NCBI RefSeq assembly: GCF_011386835.1
Contig: NC_088800.1
Coordinates: 868,001-932,000, forward strand
DNA: 64,000 nt
Reading direction: 5' to 3'
DNA from: Chrysemys picta bellii
Taxonomy: Eukaryota
In this document: positions 1-14,074 of the stretch, piece after piece
Position numbering within the stretch: the first letter of the stretch is position 1
How the letters are laid out: each line of letters begins with the position of its first letter
Made by a program: the position numbers and the translations under genes
The notes under the pieces: generated by a model
Told to the model about the DNA's origin: nothing
The model's input: only the letters and a program-made list of their open reading frames with translations
Database searches by the model: none

Positions 1-854
1 GGTACAGATCATTGTACCACTATTACACACTTCTGCCAGCGCAATCCTATGCTATTCAAATCCCAGCCCCAACTCCCCCCCACACCCCTCTGTTGCTGCA
101 CTTGCAGCCTACCCCGCAGCACCCCTGCTGGTCCACTCTTTTCGCCCCCCACTCGGTCCATCAATCCAGACTAGAGCTGGTTGTGTTTGGTGCCAAAACA
201 GGTAGGCAGTTCTGTGAAGTGAATGAACATGCATTTAAAATTCAGGTAACAATGCAATTCATTTTCACTTGTGACTCCAGTAGAAGCCAGCTCCCCCTGC
301 CTGTTCACTTCTCCAGGTGAACAGGCCTCGGCGGGGGAAGAAGGCACTGCTGCTAACAGCATGGCATGGCCCAATGGCTTCACCCGTGGCCCCAAGTACT
401 GACATCTGTCCAGGGACGAGAAGGTGGGAGCCAGGACACAAAACCCAAAAGGCCAGTGAGGTCCCTTAACAAGCCACTGACCCAATGGTAGAAGCACCAA
501 TACACCAAGCACAGGGACTTGCCTGGACAGTGGCCCCAGGGGCCTGAAGCATGGCAGAGACTCAACCACCCTGGGTTTGGATTGGAGAAACAACAGCTTC
601 TTCCCTCGTCTAGCCTCCCCCGAGACACTCCCCCCGCACCCACTGAAGTCTCTTCATCCATTTAAACCCCCATCTGCAGCCTTCGGGAAACCCAAGGAGA
701 GGCTCATGGCAGGATGGGCTCCGTGTCTGCCCTGCTCCGGCTGCTGATGTATAACACTCCAGTGTCACATGTGCAGTGCCTGGGCAGTGTCCTCGCTGGA
801 GTGTGACCCTGGCTGGCACAAGCTGCTCTGCCAGGGCTGCGGCTCACCCCTGCC

Positions 855-3800
855 TCACACCTTCGCCTCTAACATGGCGTCCATCAGCCGGGCGCTGCTT
901 GTGATGGCTGTCGTCAGGAATATAAACTTGTATCCTGAGAAATCCAAAGAGGTGAAAGGAAAATGGGTGAGACCAAAGGGCAGAGAGAAGTGGGGCTGCC
1001 GGGCTGCAGCTGAACCCCTGCTAGCGCCTGGCACTGCCACCAAGCCAACAGCAGAAGCATCACTATGCCAAGTACAGGGGGAGATGCTCAGTGCTGCTGT
1101 GAGCAGACGGGGGGAAGTGGGTGTTGAACCCTCCAGGCAGGGAGAAGCTGGGGGAGCCCAGAGCAGGCATCTGGCCAGGCCAAAGGCATGTGATGGGTGC
1201 CTCCCTAAAGCACCGTAAGGGAGGCCCGTACACCTCGGCACATGGACCCACGGCAGGAAGACTGGGGGATGGTCCAAGGCTTTAACCTCCCCCTTTACTA
1301 TGTCACAGCCTGGCAATTAGCCTCTGTGGCTGCAGCAGGTCCAGTTTCAGTAGCCAATGGCACAGGCAGGGCTAACTCATTGAGTCTGTGCCATGGGGTT
1401 ATCCTGTGGGTCTCTTTCCGAGAGGGAGGGGGGCAGTTTCTGGCTGCCAGATCCTTCCTCCCCAGCAGTGGAGGAGACAGTAACCCAGTGCCCTGGATGG
1501 TACCTTTCTCCTTCCCCAGGAATCGGAGAGCAGAGATCTCAGAAAAGGTGCAGCCTCCCAGGAAGACTGCTAGGATGACACGCTGCGCCTCCCAGGCGGG
1601 ATTCTCCTCCATGACCGGCTCTGGAAGGAGCAGAGGATGAAGTGGAGCGGCTCCTCGAGGCCCCCCCGCCCCCCCCCCCCCAGCGATCCCAGAAGCAGGT
1701 ATTACCTGTGGGAGCAAACTCATTGCCGTTCAGCAGGCGCACCACCTCCTCCAGGCCCAGCCAGCCCTTGCGCTCCAGCACCTGAAGGGAGACGGGCAGA
1801 GGAGTCCGTCAAGCGCAGGGGAAGCAGATCAGCTGCTAGCCCAGGGCACTGGGGTGGAATAAACAGCAGACGAGCAGGTAGGTGCCTCACATCTCCAGGA
1901 GCAGGTTAGACATTTCTAGCCCATCCAGCCCCAGCCAGGGGCCGTAGTCCCAATCAGAGGCACCTGTGGCCTATGCAGCAGGGGGGGGTCTGCTGGGCAG
2001 CATAACAGGACCCACGAGGGCACCATGGAGCAGGAGGCACTTGCACAAACCTGACTGCTCCCAAGGAAGACAGAAACCCATGTGCCAAGGGACAGGGTTT
2101 CCCTGCATCACACAGCATGGGCAGCTCTTGCCCCCCGGGGCGGGGCCCCCACAGATAGACTCACCTGTTCAATGATCTTGCAGCTCAGGGGGATGTAGGC
2201 CCCACTGAAGACATAGGCCATGTCTCGGGGCACCTTCAGGTTGTATTCACCATCGACCCGGGGGATCTGCAGAGACAGGCACATTACACCCCCCAGCAGT
2301 GAGCGAGCTATCAGTGCCCTCTGGGATCAGAGGCTCTGGGTTTGAAGCACCCATGGGTGCAACCTCTGGGGTGCACCAATACATGAGACGCTGACCTGGC
2401 TGCTCTGGGCAGGACACAGAGTCCCCAGCCAGCTAGCGAAGATCCAGCGCCAAGCAGGCACTTGCCCAAGCAGGCGAGCTTTGCACTGCTGCGAATGCAG
2501 CAAACTTGGGCCCTGGCAGCCAGCCGGAAGGTGCAAGTTCCATGGCCAGGGACACGCCTCTCTGCTGCTCTCAGAACACCAGCCCCTAACCACACAGGCT
2601 CTTTCCAGACTACAGCTGCAGCCTGGAATTCCCTCCCGATGCCCATGGGAAGCCAGGCCAGCTCCTGGAGTGCAGGCGCAGTGTGTTCACACTGACCCAC
2701 TCCGCTACACAGGGGCCTTTGCATTCTGTCAAGCTGCATCTTCCGGGGACGCAGCCCCAAACACTGCACAGGGCATCATGCTGCCTGGATGGGCGGCCAG
2801 GTCCACGGCAGAGAGGAAAGGCCACAGCCTCTCTTAACCCTGGAAGGGAGAAAGGGACCCAGCTACCATTGCTACCCGGATCCCCAAGGGTAACTCTCTG
2901 GCTCGCCTGCTGCCCTGCACAGGGGTGGCCACAGCCAGGGCCGGAAGAGGGCAGCCAAGGACACTGAGAGCCAGCAATGTTACACACCCCACCGAACCCC
3001 ATCCTATCAACAGGGCTGTGGGAGGGGCAGCCCAGCCAGCAGCTCCAGAGGGGACCTACCAAGCCCAGCTTCTTGCTTATGCCTCGGAAATTGCTCTTCC
3101 TGGCCAGAGAATTAAAAGCGTCTGTGAGTTTCCCTGGAAAACAAGGCAAAGAGGCAGTTTGGAGCCAAGTCCTTCAGGATCCCCCACTAGCTCATGTGGC
3201 CTCAGCAAATTCTCTCCAGCTGGCAAGAGCTGGCGTGAGGTGAGCCCACAGGGAGCGCTGCTACGGGGCAGAGGATACAGGGAGCGAGTTTTATTTCCCC
3301 TGGGACTGAGGGGTGACCTGCCCTGCAGGGTCTCCCCACTTCCCCCCTCAAACCTTCCACTCCAGAGCACAGCCAGCTCCCTCCCTGCCCAGTCTGAGCT
3401 GAGAGAGGCTAGAGCATGACCTGGAGAGAGACACTGAGCATCCCCCGCCAGCTCTAGGAGCAGGGACCATGGGGAAGTGCCCCAAGATCCTCCCACAGCT
3501 CAGAGGCAGGCAGGGCTCGGCCCTCTGAACTGCCCCAGAGCGCTGTAGGCAGAATTGCCCCATACCTGCTGCTCGGTCGGTCACCAGCTTGCTGACTTTG
3601 CTCTCCACGGCAGTCAGGGTCTCCCCTGGGGCCTGCTCTGTCAGCAGCCCGATGCGCTTGAGGTTATGAAAGGTCAGCAGGTGCTCAGGCCCATAACTCT
3701 GGGGGGCAAGGGGAGATGAGGGTCAGGCCAGAACTCTCGCACCCAGGGCGGGTGGGCGCAGGACAGAGCCCCAGTCTGGGGAACAGAGCAGTCTGCCAGC

Positions 3801-6800
3801 CCGGCGCACAATGCCCCGGGGCGTGTGAACACTCAGTGTGGAGAGGGAGTCGGGCCCACTGCAGCCTGAGGAGATGGCACAGCAAGGGACAGCATGAACA
3901 CAACATGCAAACAAGCACCCCGTGAGGAGCGTGGAGCTGGTAGTCAGACCTGGGACGAACTGGCCCAGCACCCGCACTCTAACAGCCTCCCTGGCTCTTG
4001 GGCCCGGGGCCCAGCCCAGAGCCTTCCAGCAACGCAGGAGAGGAGAGCATGCAGGAGAAGGGTTACTGCACGCCCACCTGTTGGCATGTTCCAGCCCCCC
4101 ATCCCCCCACACGCTCCCCCCGGTACTCCCACCACACATGCTCCCCCCAGTTACCCCCTCCACACACTACCCCCCCCCGTTACCGCCTCCCCACCCACCC
4201 GCATGCTTCCCCCCCCCCCCCGCACCCCCCCCACTCACCTGGAGGTACTGGGTTTTCAGGGAGCGATAATCCTTAGGGACCAGCCCTGTGGGGGTTTAAC
4301 ACACAGGGAGAGCTGAGTGAAAAGCCCCATAACCATGTCCCCCCACAGCTGCCCCCCTTCTCCAGCGAGGAGCTCACCATTTTCCGTGACCGACAGGAGG
4401 CACATTAAGCGCAGACTCTCGCTGGGGGAGACCTGCACAGAAATTGGGGAGGGTGAGCGAGTGGCCAGCCCAGCCCAGCTCAGCCCGTCCCCGCCCAGGC
4501 GCAGCACTCACCTGCCGGTCGATGTGCTCTTCTATGTAGCTGGTGCTCTCGCGGATGTCGAACCCCTCCAGGAGAGCTAAGGGGGAAAGGGAACAGTCAC
4601 CTGCACCCTCAGAGCGAGCCCTGGGCTGCACTGCCCGGCCGGAGCCCGCAGGAGCCCTAGGCCTGGGGATTGCCGGCCTCCTGGGCTGGTGGGAGGAGGG
4701 GCCCGGGAATCAGGATCATCCCCAGCTCTGTCCACACTGCCCAGTGACCACCCGCTCCACTCTGCCAGCTCTGGGAGGAGAGGGCAACGCCTGGTATTCC
4801 TCACTAAGCCCTTGGGGAAAGGGAGCACCCTGCAATGCCCTGCCCTCAGGCTGGAGCAGCACGTTTAACCCTTCAGGGACCTGCCTGCCAGGTCCCACCA
4901 GCCCCAAAGCACAAGCACCTGTCTCTGACAGTGGCCATCTGGAGCGCTGGTGGCCTGGGAGGGGAATGGCACACAGCCCCAGGTGTTGGAGGAGCCCAGG
5001 CTGGGCTGGCAGGAGTCTCACTCACAGTGCTCAGTCTTTAGCAGCTCCTGGAAATCCTGCTTGGTTTTCTTCTTCATGATGGACTCGCAGGCGCCAATAT
5101 CTGCATGCCCCAGACAGAGGAAATCAGTGCGGGGTCTCTGCACAAGAACCCTGGGGCCACGCAGCCGGGGATGGGGCTGCCAGAGGGGGGAGAGAGAGAG
5201 AGAGAGACGCCCCCACATGCCAGCAGCCTCTAGCCTGGCTGGGACAGTCTGCACTGCTTTCCCAGCCCGCCCAGTGTCCGGGAGATGTCCTTAGGCACCC
5301 TCCCTTTTCCCCACTGTACACAGGGACCTACGCAGGCTCAGCAGGCGGTGCTCCTGCTTTAACCCCTTCAGCTCCTGGGAGACAAAGTTCTTCATTTGCT
5401 TGATGTCCATCCCGCGACGTCGCTGCAGGAGGAGAGAGTGTCTGAGCACTGGGCTGAAGGGAAGGGAAGAGAGGGCCCCTCCCCACCCCCAACAAGGTAA
5501 GGGAGAGCCAGGGTGGGGAGCAAAGGGCCCAGCGTGGGATGGGTGCAGCCCCTGGCAGTTAGTGGGGCTGCTCCGGGGCAGGGTGCCCCTCGGGGCCATG
5601 CCCAGGGTGATCCTGTCACTCACATCGTACTGGGTCTGCAGGTTTCGTGCCTTCTGACTCAGGAAGCCGAAGACGTTGGAGAAGTGTTCGTTCCGGATCT
5701 CGCTGAACACCTGTGCCAGAACAGCCCCAAAGGGGTCAGCCAGCTGGCCAGGGCCTGGCATGGGATTCCCAAGAGAGCTCCCCCATGCCAGGCACAGACA
5801 CACCAGTAGCCAAGCACTCGTTTAGCAAGCTCCCTGCAGCCCAGCAGATTGACAGAGGGCACCGTGGCTAAGGGGGGCCGCGCTGCACCCACAGCCAGGA
5901 GGAGCAGTCAGAAAACCTCCAGTGACCGGGCCTCCGAAGGCCACAGGCTGCGAGTTGGGGCTCCGCGTGGTCAGCCCCCACGGGGCGGATGCCAGGAACT
6001 GCGGTTCTACAGGGCAAAGGAGCTGGTACCAAAGCCCCATTTCTACAATCTCTGGACTGGGCTCTGCCTCCCCACCATACCACAATCAATCCAACTACCC
6101 CCAGCGCTACTCTGCCCACCCGGCTGGCACTCGCCAGGTTAGCAGGGCCCTGGTGGGCGGGGCGCAAGCGGGCATGTCAGCCGGGCTCACCTTGTCCTGG
6201 GCATTGAGCAGCACTTTGAAGCTCCTGTCAGAGGAGGTGACGTCTGGCCCGAAATCCACACTCCCTGCCGAGAGCAGGGGAACAGTTACAGTGCCCAGGC
6301 CACTGCCCCATGCTCTGCGGCGCTTCCAGTGCCCCGGGACGGGCTGTTCCATTAACCACCCACCCGGCCAGCGGGACGCAGCCCGGGCTATCAGCCACAC
6401 TCAGCACCCCCAGAGCTGGGGGCCATCTGCGCTCCGAGGGGAATCCACCGCAGCTCCTCCCTGGGGATGGGTCCTGGGGGCCTGCGCTATGCCCACCCCG
6501 TAATGCTGGCTTACACCTCCCTCAGAGGCATCTGCGACAGCCCCACTGGTCTGACATGCGCCACGCGTCCTGCCCTTGGCATGGAGCATCCGGTCTGTGC
6601 CCAGAGGGGACAGAGGCAGCGAGCAAAGCTGCCAAAGGAACTGCCCCAGAGCACAGCACAGCTCATGTGCCAACCCCCACGCCCTGTCAAAGGGCTTGGG
6701 AGACCATCTGCAATGGCCAACATTAGGTAGCCCCCACCCCTAGCCCAGCCTCCCTGGCCCTCTCCCCCACCTTGGGGAGCTGCTGAGGAAGATTGTCTGG

Positions 6801-9800
6801 GGCAGAGATCTGCAGGCACTTTCGTCCCTCTGCAGTCACCCCCCATGCCACAGGCAGCGCCGCCTTGCCCAGCCCCGCTGCCATCTCTTCCAGCCACCCA
6901 CACTTACCACATTTGATGCGGAACGTGTCGTCCACCAGGCCCTCATACACCACCTGGGAGCAGAGCGCCGTGACGTAATCCACATCTGCAACGAGACGCA
7001 CAGGGGCACATGTTGGGCCTCCCCACCTGCCAGTGCTGGCTGCCCCCAGCTCACTACCTCAAGCCCCTCAGCAGCCCCTAGAAAGAGCCCACTACCCCTC
7101 CCCCCAGAGGCCCCCAGCAGCAGCCCGCGTCTGTGACTGCAGCAGCCCCTACCTCGGTCCATGAGGAAGACATGGCTGACCTCCGGTCTCCTGGCGTGAC
7201 TGTCACCCTCGCTCTCCTCCACCAGCTCTCGCCACACCTCATAGACCATCTGGGAGGGAGGGGAGGCAGCACATCAGTGCCCATACACGCTGGCCCCAGG
7301 CCAGGAGCACATCAGCAAGCCCCCAACACCAGAGAACAGGCCGGGACAGCCTGCCAGCGGCGAGCCCTGGGGCCAGGGGCGGGTGGTTGGGTCCCTCACA
7401 ATCACGTCAGCTGACCGATTCCCCCTCACTCCTGCCTTGATTGGAGGCAGGCGTTTCCCTGGCCCCCCTCTATGCGACGCTCCCTGCGGGACACATTTAT
7501 AACAACCAGCAGTCCCTCCGCGGGGGGGGAGCCCCCATTCCACGGGCCCCACCTGGAAACTCACAGGTGGGATGTTTGTACGCATCTCCCTGCCCCCCAT
7601 ATTCGTACGAGTCCCCACATCCCTGAAGGAATTCAAATGAGAGGGCTCCCACTTCCAGCAAACAGCCCTGACCCCGAAGCAGGGGGACCCCACCAGGCCA
7701 CGCCCCCCCAGCCGTGCAGCTCTCGTACCTTGGCACACCTGCCAATCCCATAGGTGTTCGCGAAAGGCCCAAAGAGGGAGTTCAGCAACTGCAGAGCTCG
7801 AGCGATGGTGCTGATCCAGCGCTGATCCCCTTCCTGCAGGGCCCACAAGAGCAGCAGTCAGCAAACACTGACCCCCCAGGACTCCCCGGCCAGGGCAGGC
7901 TGGCCCCAGGAGCCCCCCAGCATCTAAGCAGGGACATGGACTTTGGCCAGGGTGCACTCCCAAGGCTCTCAGCTCCCCAAGGTGCTGACGGGGGCATGGG
8001 AATCTGTTCAGCCCAATGGACACCTACCCACCTCTCCCAAACCAGCACAGCACAGCAGTCTGCACAGGCCAGCCCACCAGGTGAGAGGCATGGGGGGGGG
8101 GGGGGGTGTCCCTGCCCTGCTCGCTCTCCCGATGGCTTTGCTGTGATGCTGCAGGGGTGATTTCCCAGGGAACTATGCCACTGACCAGGAAGTAATCCCG
8201 GAAGAACTCCGGCAGCTCCATGCTGAGGAGATCATCATCCAGGGGGAGCAGGTAGAAGGCCCACTCGTCACAGGTCACATCTGAGGTGGGGACAGAAGAG
8301 AGCAGAGGCAATGTAGTCCCAGGACCCGCTGTAGCGATGGCCCGAGGGCTCTAACACGCAGGCCCTGCAGGAGCTGGACTTTCGGGGGGGGCCTATTTGC
8401 TGTGGTGCTGGAGCAGGATTGCCCATCATTCTCCCTGTACGACAGGTCCCGGAGGGGGCCCAGCCTCTCCCCCATTGATGGTGGGTCTGTGTCCCATCGG
8501 GATGGTGGGTCTGTGTCCCATCGGGGGATGTTCCGGAGCACTGTCATTTGCGTTCCTGTCCCCACACCAGGACGGCACACAGATGCCTACTCTGTAGGGA
8601 ACAAGCCCCGGTGTTCTGCTGTCTGAGCTTCCCCACCAAGCTGGATCTAGGCAATGACCTGAACGACGTCCCCTTGCGGTCCCACAGTGCCTGTCACGTC
8701 ACCTTCCCCACTCACCACCATAGATTCCCTCTTCCTCCAGCACCAGCTCACAGCTGTAAAACTGCAAGAGAGGAAGAGGCTGGTTAGTGCCCAGGCAGCG
8801 CCCGCACCGTGGCCAGTGGGGTGTGACCAAGGGTTCCATGGCAGTGCCTCGGGCTGGCCCTCTTCGCTGCGCCTTGCCAGACATGGCAACATTTGGGTTT
8901 GGTGTCAAACTTCTGGGCAGGAAACTGGGAACTGGTTATTCTGACTCTGTGGGGAAGGGAAGCCTGGGTGTGCAGGAGAGTGGGGGCGGGAGGGGACTGG
9001 ATGGGTGGCAGGCATGAAGGAGGAAGGGAAGGTTGCGTGTGAGAGATGCGGAGGTGTGAAGGAGGAGGGGTTGGGTAGATGGGGAGGGGGTTGGACACAG
9101 GCCAGGTGTGAAGTGGTGGGGGGAAGGCTGGGTGGGCAGGAGAGCAGGATGGGGTAGATGGGGAGGGGTCGGTCACAGGCCAGGTGTGAAGGGGTGGGGG
9201 GAAGGCTGGGTGGGCAGGAGAGCAGGGTGGGAAAGATGGGGAGGGGGTCAGACACAGGCCAGGTGTGAAGGGGTGGGGGGAAGGCTGGGTGGGCAGGAGA
9301 GCAGGATGGGGTAGATGGGGAGGGGGTCGGACACAGGACAGGTGTGAAGGAGTGGGGGGAAGGCTGGGTGAGCAGGAGAGCAGGGTGGGATAGATGGGGA
9401 GGGGGGCAGACACAGGCCAGGTGTGAAGGGGTGGGGGGGAAGGCTGGGTGGGCAGGAGAGCAGGGTGGGGTAGATGGGGAGGGGGTCGGACACAGGCCAG
9501 GTGTGAAGGGGTGGGGGGAAGGCTGGGTGAGCAGGAGAGCAGGGTGGGATAGATGGGGAGGGGGTCGGACACAGGCCAGGTGTGAAGGGGTGGGGGGAAG
9601 GCTGGGTGGGCAGGAGAGCAGGATGGGGTAGATGGGGAGGGGGTCGGACACAGGCCAGGTGTGAAGGGGTGGGGGGGAAGGCTGGGTGGGCAGGAGAGCT
9701 GGGTGGGGTAGATGGGGAGGGGGTCGGATACAGGCCAGGTGTGAAGGGGTGGGGGGGAAGGCTGGGTGGGCAGGAGAGCTGGGTGGGGTAGATGGGGAGG

Positions 9801-12800
9801 GGGTCGGATACAGGCCAGGTGTGAAGTGGTGGGGGGAAGGCTGGGTGGGCAGGAGAGCAGGATGGGGTAGATGGGGAGGGGTCGGTCACAGGCCAGGTGT
9901 GAAGGGGTGGGGGGAAGGCTGGGTGGGCAGGAGAGCAGGGTGGGAAAGATGGGGAGGGGGTCAGACACAGGCCAGGTGTGAAGGGGTGGGGGGAAGGCTG
10001 GGTGGGCAGGAGAGCAGGATGGGGTAGATGGGGAGGGGGTCGGACACAGGCCAGGTGTGAAGGGGTGGGGGGAAGGCTGGGTGGGCAGGAGAGCAGGGTG
10101 GGAAAGATGGGGAGGGGGTCAGACACAGGCCAGGTGTGAAGGGGTGGGGGGAAGGCTGGGTGGGCAGGAGAGCAGGATGGGGTAGATGGGGAGGGGGTCG
10201 GACACAGGACAGGTGTGAAGGAGTGGGGGGAAGGCTGGGTGAGCAGGAGAGCAGGGTGGGATAGATGGGGAGGGGGGCAGACACAGGCCAGGTGTGAAGG
10301 GGTGGGGGGGAAGGCTGGGTGGGCAGGAGAGCAGGGTGGGGTAGATGGGGAGGGGGTCGGACACAGGCCATGTGTGAAGGGGTGGGGGGAAGGCTGGGTG
10401 AGCAGGAGAGCAGGGTGGGATAGATGGGGAGGGGGTCGGACACAGGCCAGGTGTGAAGGGGTGGGGGGAAGGCTGGGTGGGCAGGAGAGCAGGATGGGGT
10501 AGATGGGGAGGGGGTCGGACACAGGCCAGGTGTGAAGGGGTGGGGGGGAAGGCTGGGTGGGCAGGAGAGCTGGGTGGGGTAGATGGGGAGGGGGTCGGAT
10601 ACAGGCCAGGTGTGAAGGGGTGGGGGGGGAAGGCGGGGTGGGCAGGAGAGCTGGGTGGGGTAGATGGGGAGGGGGTCGGATACAGGCCAGGTGTGAAGGG
10701 GTGGGGGGGGAAGGCTGGGTGGGCAGGAGAGCAGGGTGGGGTAGATGGGGAGGGGGTCGGACACAGGCCAGGTGTGAAGGGGTGGGGGGGGGAAGGCTGG
10801 GTGGGCAGGAGAGCTGGGTGGGGTAGATGGGGAGGGGGTCGGATACAGGCCAGGTGTGAAGGGGTGGGGGGGGAAGGCTGGGTGGGCAGGAGAGCAGGGT
10901 GGGGTAGATGGGGAGGGGGTCGGACACAGGCCAGGTGTGAAGGGGTGGGGGGAACCTGGGTGGGAAGGAGAGCTGGGTGGGGTAGATGGGGAGGGGGTCA
11001 GACACAGGCCAGGTGTGAAGGGGTGGGGGGAAGGCTGGGTGGGCAGGGCAGCCACACTGACCTTCTGGGGGCTGAAGATAATCTTGTACTTCCGGCTCTT
11101 CCCCATCGCCTTGTCAGCATTGACAATATCTGCAGACACAAGACTCTGGTTAACTAGAGCCATTAAAAACCCTATGGTTAAACCAGTGCAATGTCTCTTG
11201 TGTAGACAAACCTGAGGCCCTGTGATCTCACAGGGCATGTGACACACCAGCCGGACAAGACAACAGACTTCAGGGTGTGCACTCAGCCTCTGGCCCTGAG
11301 CTCCAAGTCACCCTATGCCCGGATGCTAGCACTCGCCTCTGGGGATTGCCCAGCACTAACTTCACCCCTACCCAAGGATTACCCAGAGCACGACAATCCG
11401 GGACAGTAACTGCCCTCCTCACACACTCGCCAATATCCCCGGCACCAGACAGTGGAGTCTGCTAGCCAGCCCTACCCAGAAGCCACCCCATACTACGGGC
11501 CCTACATAAGTAATCATTGATATCTGCATGGCAAGCAACAGCTCCCACTCACCAGCAACGTACTTCATGTTCTTGATCCGTGGCCGGACTAAGAAGCACA
11601 ACCTGGAGTGAGGCAGACAGAGACTCACCAACTGGGAGGTGGGGAGGGACACAAGACCGGCAGCAGAAATAGGACCCGACACTCCTGGAGCCCTCCCCTC
11701 CTCCCGCCCATGAATGCCATGCTGGGCCCCTCCCTGGTAAGCCAGAGACACAGCGAAAGCAGGCCCAGGGAGGCAGGCAGCTTCCTGAGCTGAAGGTAGG
11801 AGATGGGAACGCAGCCCCCAGACTAGCTGCCTGAGCTCCGCTTGTCACATCACCAAACCCCCAAGTGTATCCCTGCTCCCAAGTCCCACAGCAGCCTCTC
11901 AGCTCTCACTCCCCTGCAGTGCTGGCAGCCAGCACCAGGCCCACGCCCTTCAGCTTACTCAGAGCCATGGCCCAGGCTGAAAGGGCACAGAGGAGAGGGC
12001 ATGCGCCTGACACGGCACTGCGGAAAGGCAGACCCCTGGGCACAGGGCAGTGCAGTGCGTCTGGTCAAGCCTGTGGAGGTGCAGAGTACAGCTGCAGCTG
12101 GGCAGGCTCCAGGTATGACCCACACAGAGCCATGGGGGTCAGGTAAGAGACTCACTGGTCGCTAGTGCTAACGATGGGTTTGTTCTCCACTTTGTACAGC
12201 TTGTCCACTTCATGTTGCTAGAGAAATAGGAGGGGAGGAGAGTGTTAACTCAAACCCTGCACAGACTGGAGTAGCTTTTGTAGCTGATTCCAGAAGCCCC
12301 TTCACAGGCCTCCGGCTGCTGCACAAAGCCAGATCCCCCTCCTGTGAGTCTGCGCCCCGCAGCTGCCTGCTCGACAGGTGATGCCGTGTGTGAAGTGATC
12401 ACCACACATGGCACTGTAGACATGGAACAAGAGGTTTCCACTATGGGCTAATACAGGAAACTCCCTACACGCAGCTCTGTCAACCTCTCTCAGGCCTGAC
12501 CTGCAGCCCCCAGAACTGCCATCGATCTAGTCCTGGGCCCCCCTGTGCAGAGAAATACAGTTCTGCGAACAGGGCCGCCCACATGGACGAATGTGGATGA
12601 GGTTGAACTCACTGTATTTGCAAAACCACTAGAGCAGCTGCCTGTGGCCCGCAGCCAGCCAGCCTGCCCAGTGCCCTAAAGCAAGGCCTTGGTTCAGTGC
12701 TGCTCTGGCCAGAGTGCACCTGTGGGTACCTTCAGAATGGAGACGTTGGCGATTCGGTCCAGGGGGCTCATCAGATCTGCCTCAATGAACAGGTCCTTCT

Positions 12801-14074
12801 TCCCGGGGAGCTGGGGAGGAACAAACAGAGCAGCATAGGTGCCAGGGCACCGCTCCCTGCCGGGAAAAGCCCAGACTGGCACAGGCTGTCCCAGAGGCAT
12901 CTCTCCCCAGCTGGCTGTAAGTCCCCTGCCTGCCGGCTCCGCTCCCCGCTGCACCACACAAGCGCAGCTACCCGGGCAGGAGCGGCCAGGGCCCAGGATC
13001 TCCCGCTAGCAAAGGTCGCTGCAGTAACACCAGCTACCGGGCGCATCCAGCCGCCTTCCCACGGGACGTGCCTCGGGCTCAACGCCCTGCAGCTGTTCCG
13101 GGGCCGGGACCTGAGACCCCATCTACGGGCCGGGGGCTCCTCCGCCCGCCGGGACAGCGCGTCTGGCCAGGAAGCGGCGCTTCCTCTGGGACCGAACCGG
13201 GGCGGCGGGGACGGGCGCGGAGCGGAGCGGGCCCGGGGCAGCGGTGATGGGGACGGGCGCGGAGCGGAGCAGGCGCGGCGGGGACGGGCGCGGAGCGGGC
13301 CCGGGGCGGCGGTGATGGGGACGGGCGCGGAGCGGAGCGGGCCCGGGGCAGCGGTGATGGGGACGGGCGCGGAGCGGAGCAGGCGCGGCGGGGACGGGCG
13401 CGGAGCGGGCCCGGAGCAGGCCCGGGGCGGCGGTGATGGGGACGGGCCCGGGGCAGCGGTGATGGGGACGGGCGCGGAGCGGAGCAGGCGCGGCGGGGAC
13501 GGGCGCGGAGCGGGCCCGGGGCGGCGGTGATGGGGACGGGCGCGGAGCGGAGCGGGCCCGGGGCAGCGGTGATGGGGACGGGCGCGGAGCGGAGCAGGCG
13601 CGGCGGGGACGGGCGCGGAGCGGGCCCGGAGCAGGCCCGGGGCGGCGGTGATGGGGACGGGCCCGGGGCAGCGGTGATGGGGACGGGCGCGGAGCGGAGC
13701 AGGCGCGGCGGGGACGGGCGCGGAGCGGGCCCGGGGCGGCGGTGATGGGGACGGGCGCGGAGCGGACCCGGAGCGGGCGCGGAGCAGGCCCGGGGCGGCG
13801 GTGATGGGGACGGGCCCGGGGCAGCGGTGATGGGGACGGGCGCGGAACGGAGCAGGCGCGGCGGGGACGGGCGCGGAGCGGGCCCGGGGCGGCGGTGATG
13901 GGGACGGGCGCGGAGCGGGCCCGGAGCGGGCGCGGAGCAGGCCCGGGGCGGCGGTGAGGGGCCCGGCCCGGCGCTCACCTGCTCCAGCAGGTAGATGAGC
14001 TGGTCTCGCGCCAGCCGCTTGAGCACGGTGAAGTCCGGCCCGTCGGGCGCGTCGCGGCGGCCGGCGAAGGCCAT
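855..14074 (-). CDS. VPS33B: Vacuolar protein sorting-associated protein 33B (Sec1/Munc18 family), 23 coding exons, 617 aa
   Basis: All introns are GT-AG. Coding exons in transcript order: 13979-14074 ([32 protein letters not shown]), 12730-12810 ([27 protein letters not shown]), 12156-12217, 11553-11602, 11062-11129, 8716-8761, 8186-8280, 7729-7833, 7153-7249, 6908-6985, 6191-6264, 5624-5710, 5332-5422, 5026-5100, 4512-4576, 4378-4432, 4239-4285, 3566-3698, 3060-3133, 2165-2266, 1706-1781, 1504-1620 ([22 protein letters not shown]), 855-934 (stop TGA). The sum is 1854 nt = 617 aa + stop, phases are consistent, and length and exon sizes match human VPS33B as recalled. Confidence 0.97.
9060..11045. 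repeat. About 79-bp G-rich minisatellite, about 25 copies, in VPS33B intron 5
   Basis: Unit approximately GGAAGGCTGGGTGGGCAGGAGAGCAGGATGGGGTAGATGGGGAGGGGGTCGGACACAGGCCAGGTGTGAAGGGGTGGGG; each unit has more than four G-runs. Confidence 0.95.

Noticed and set aside
8784-11247. Long Pro-rich and Gly-rich ORFs (394, 585, 428 aa and others)
   Set aside because: They are translations of the 79-bp minisatellite in VPS33B intron 5; only 11062-11129 is a real exon.
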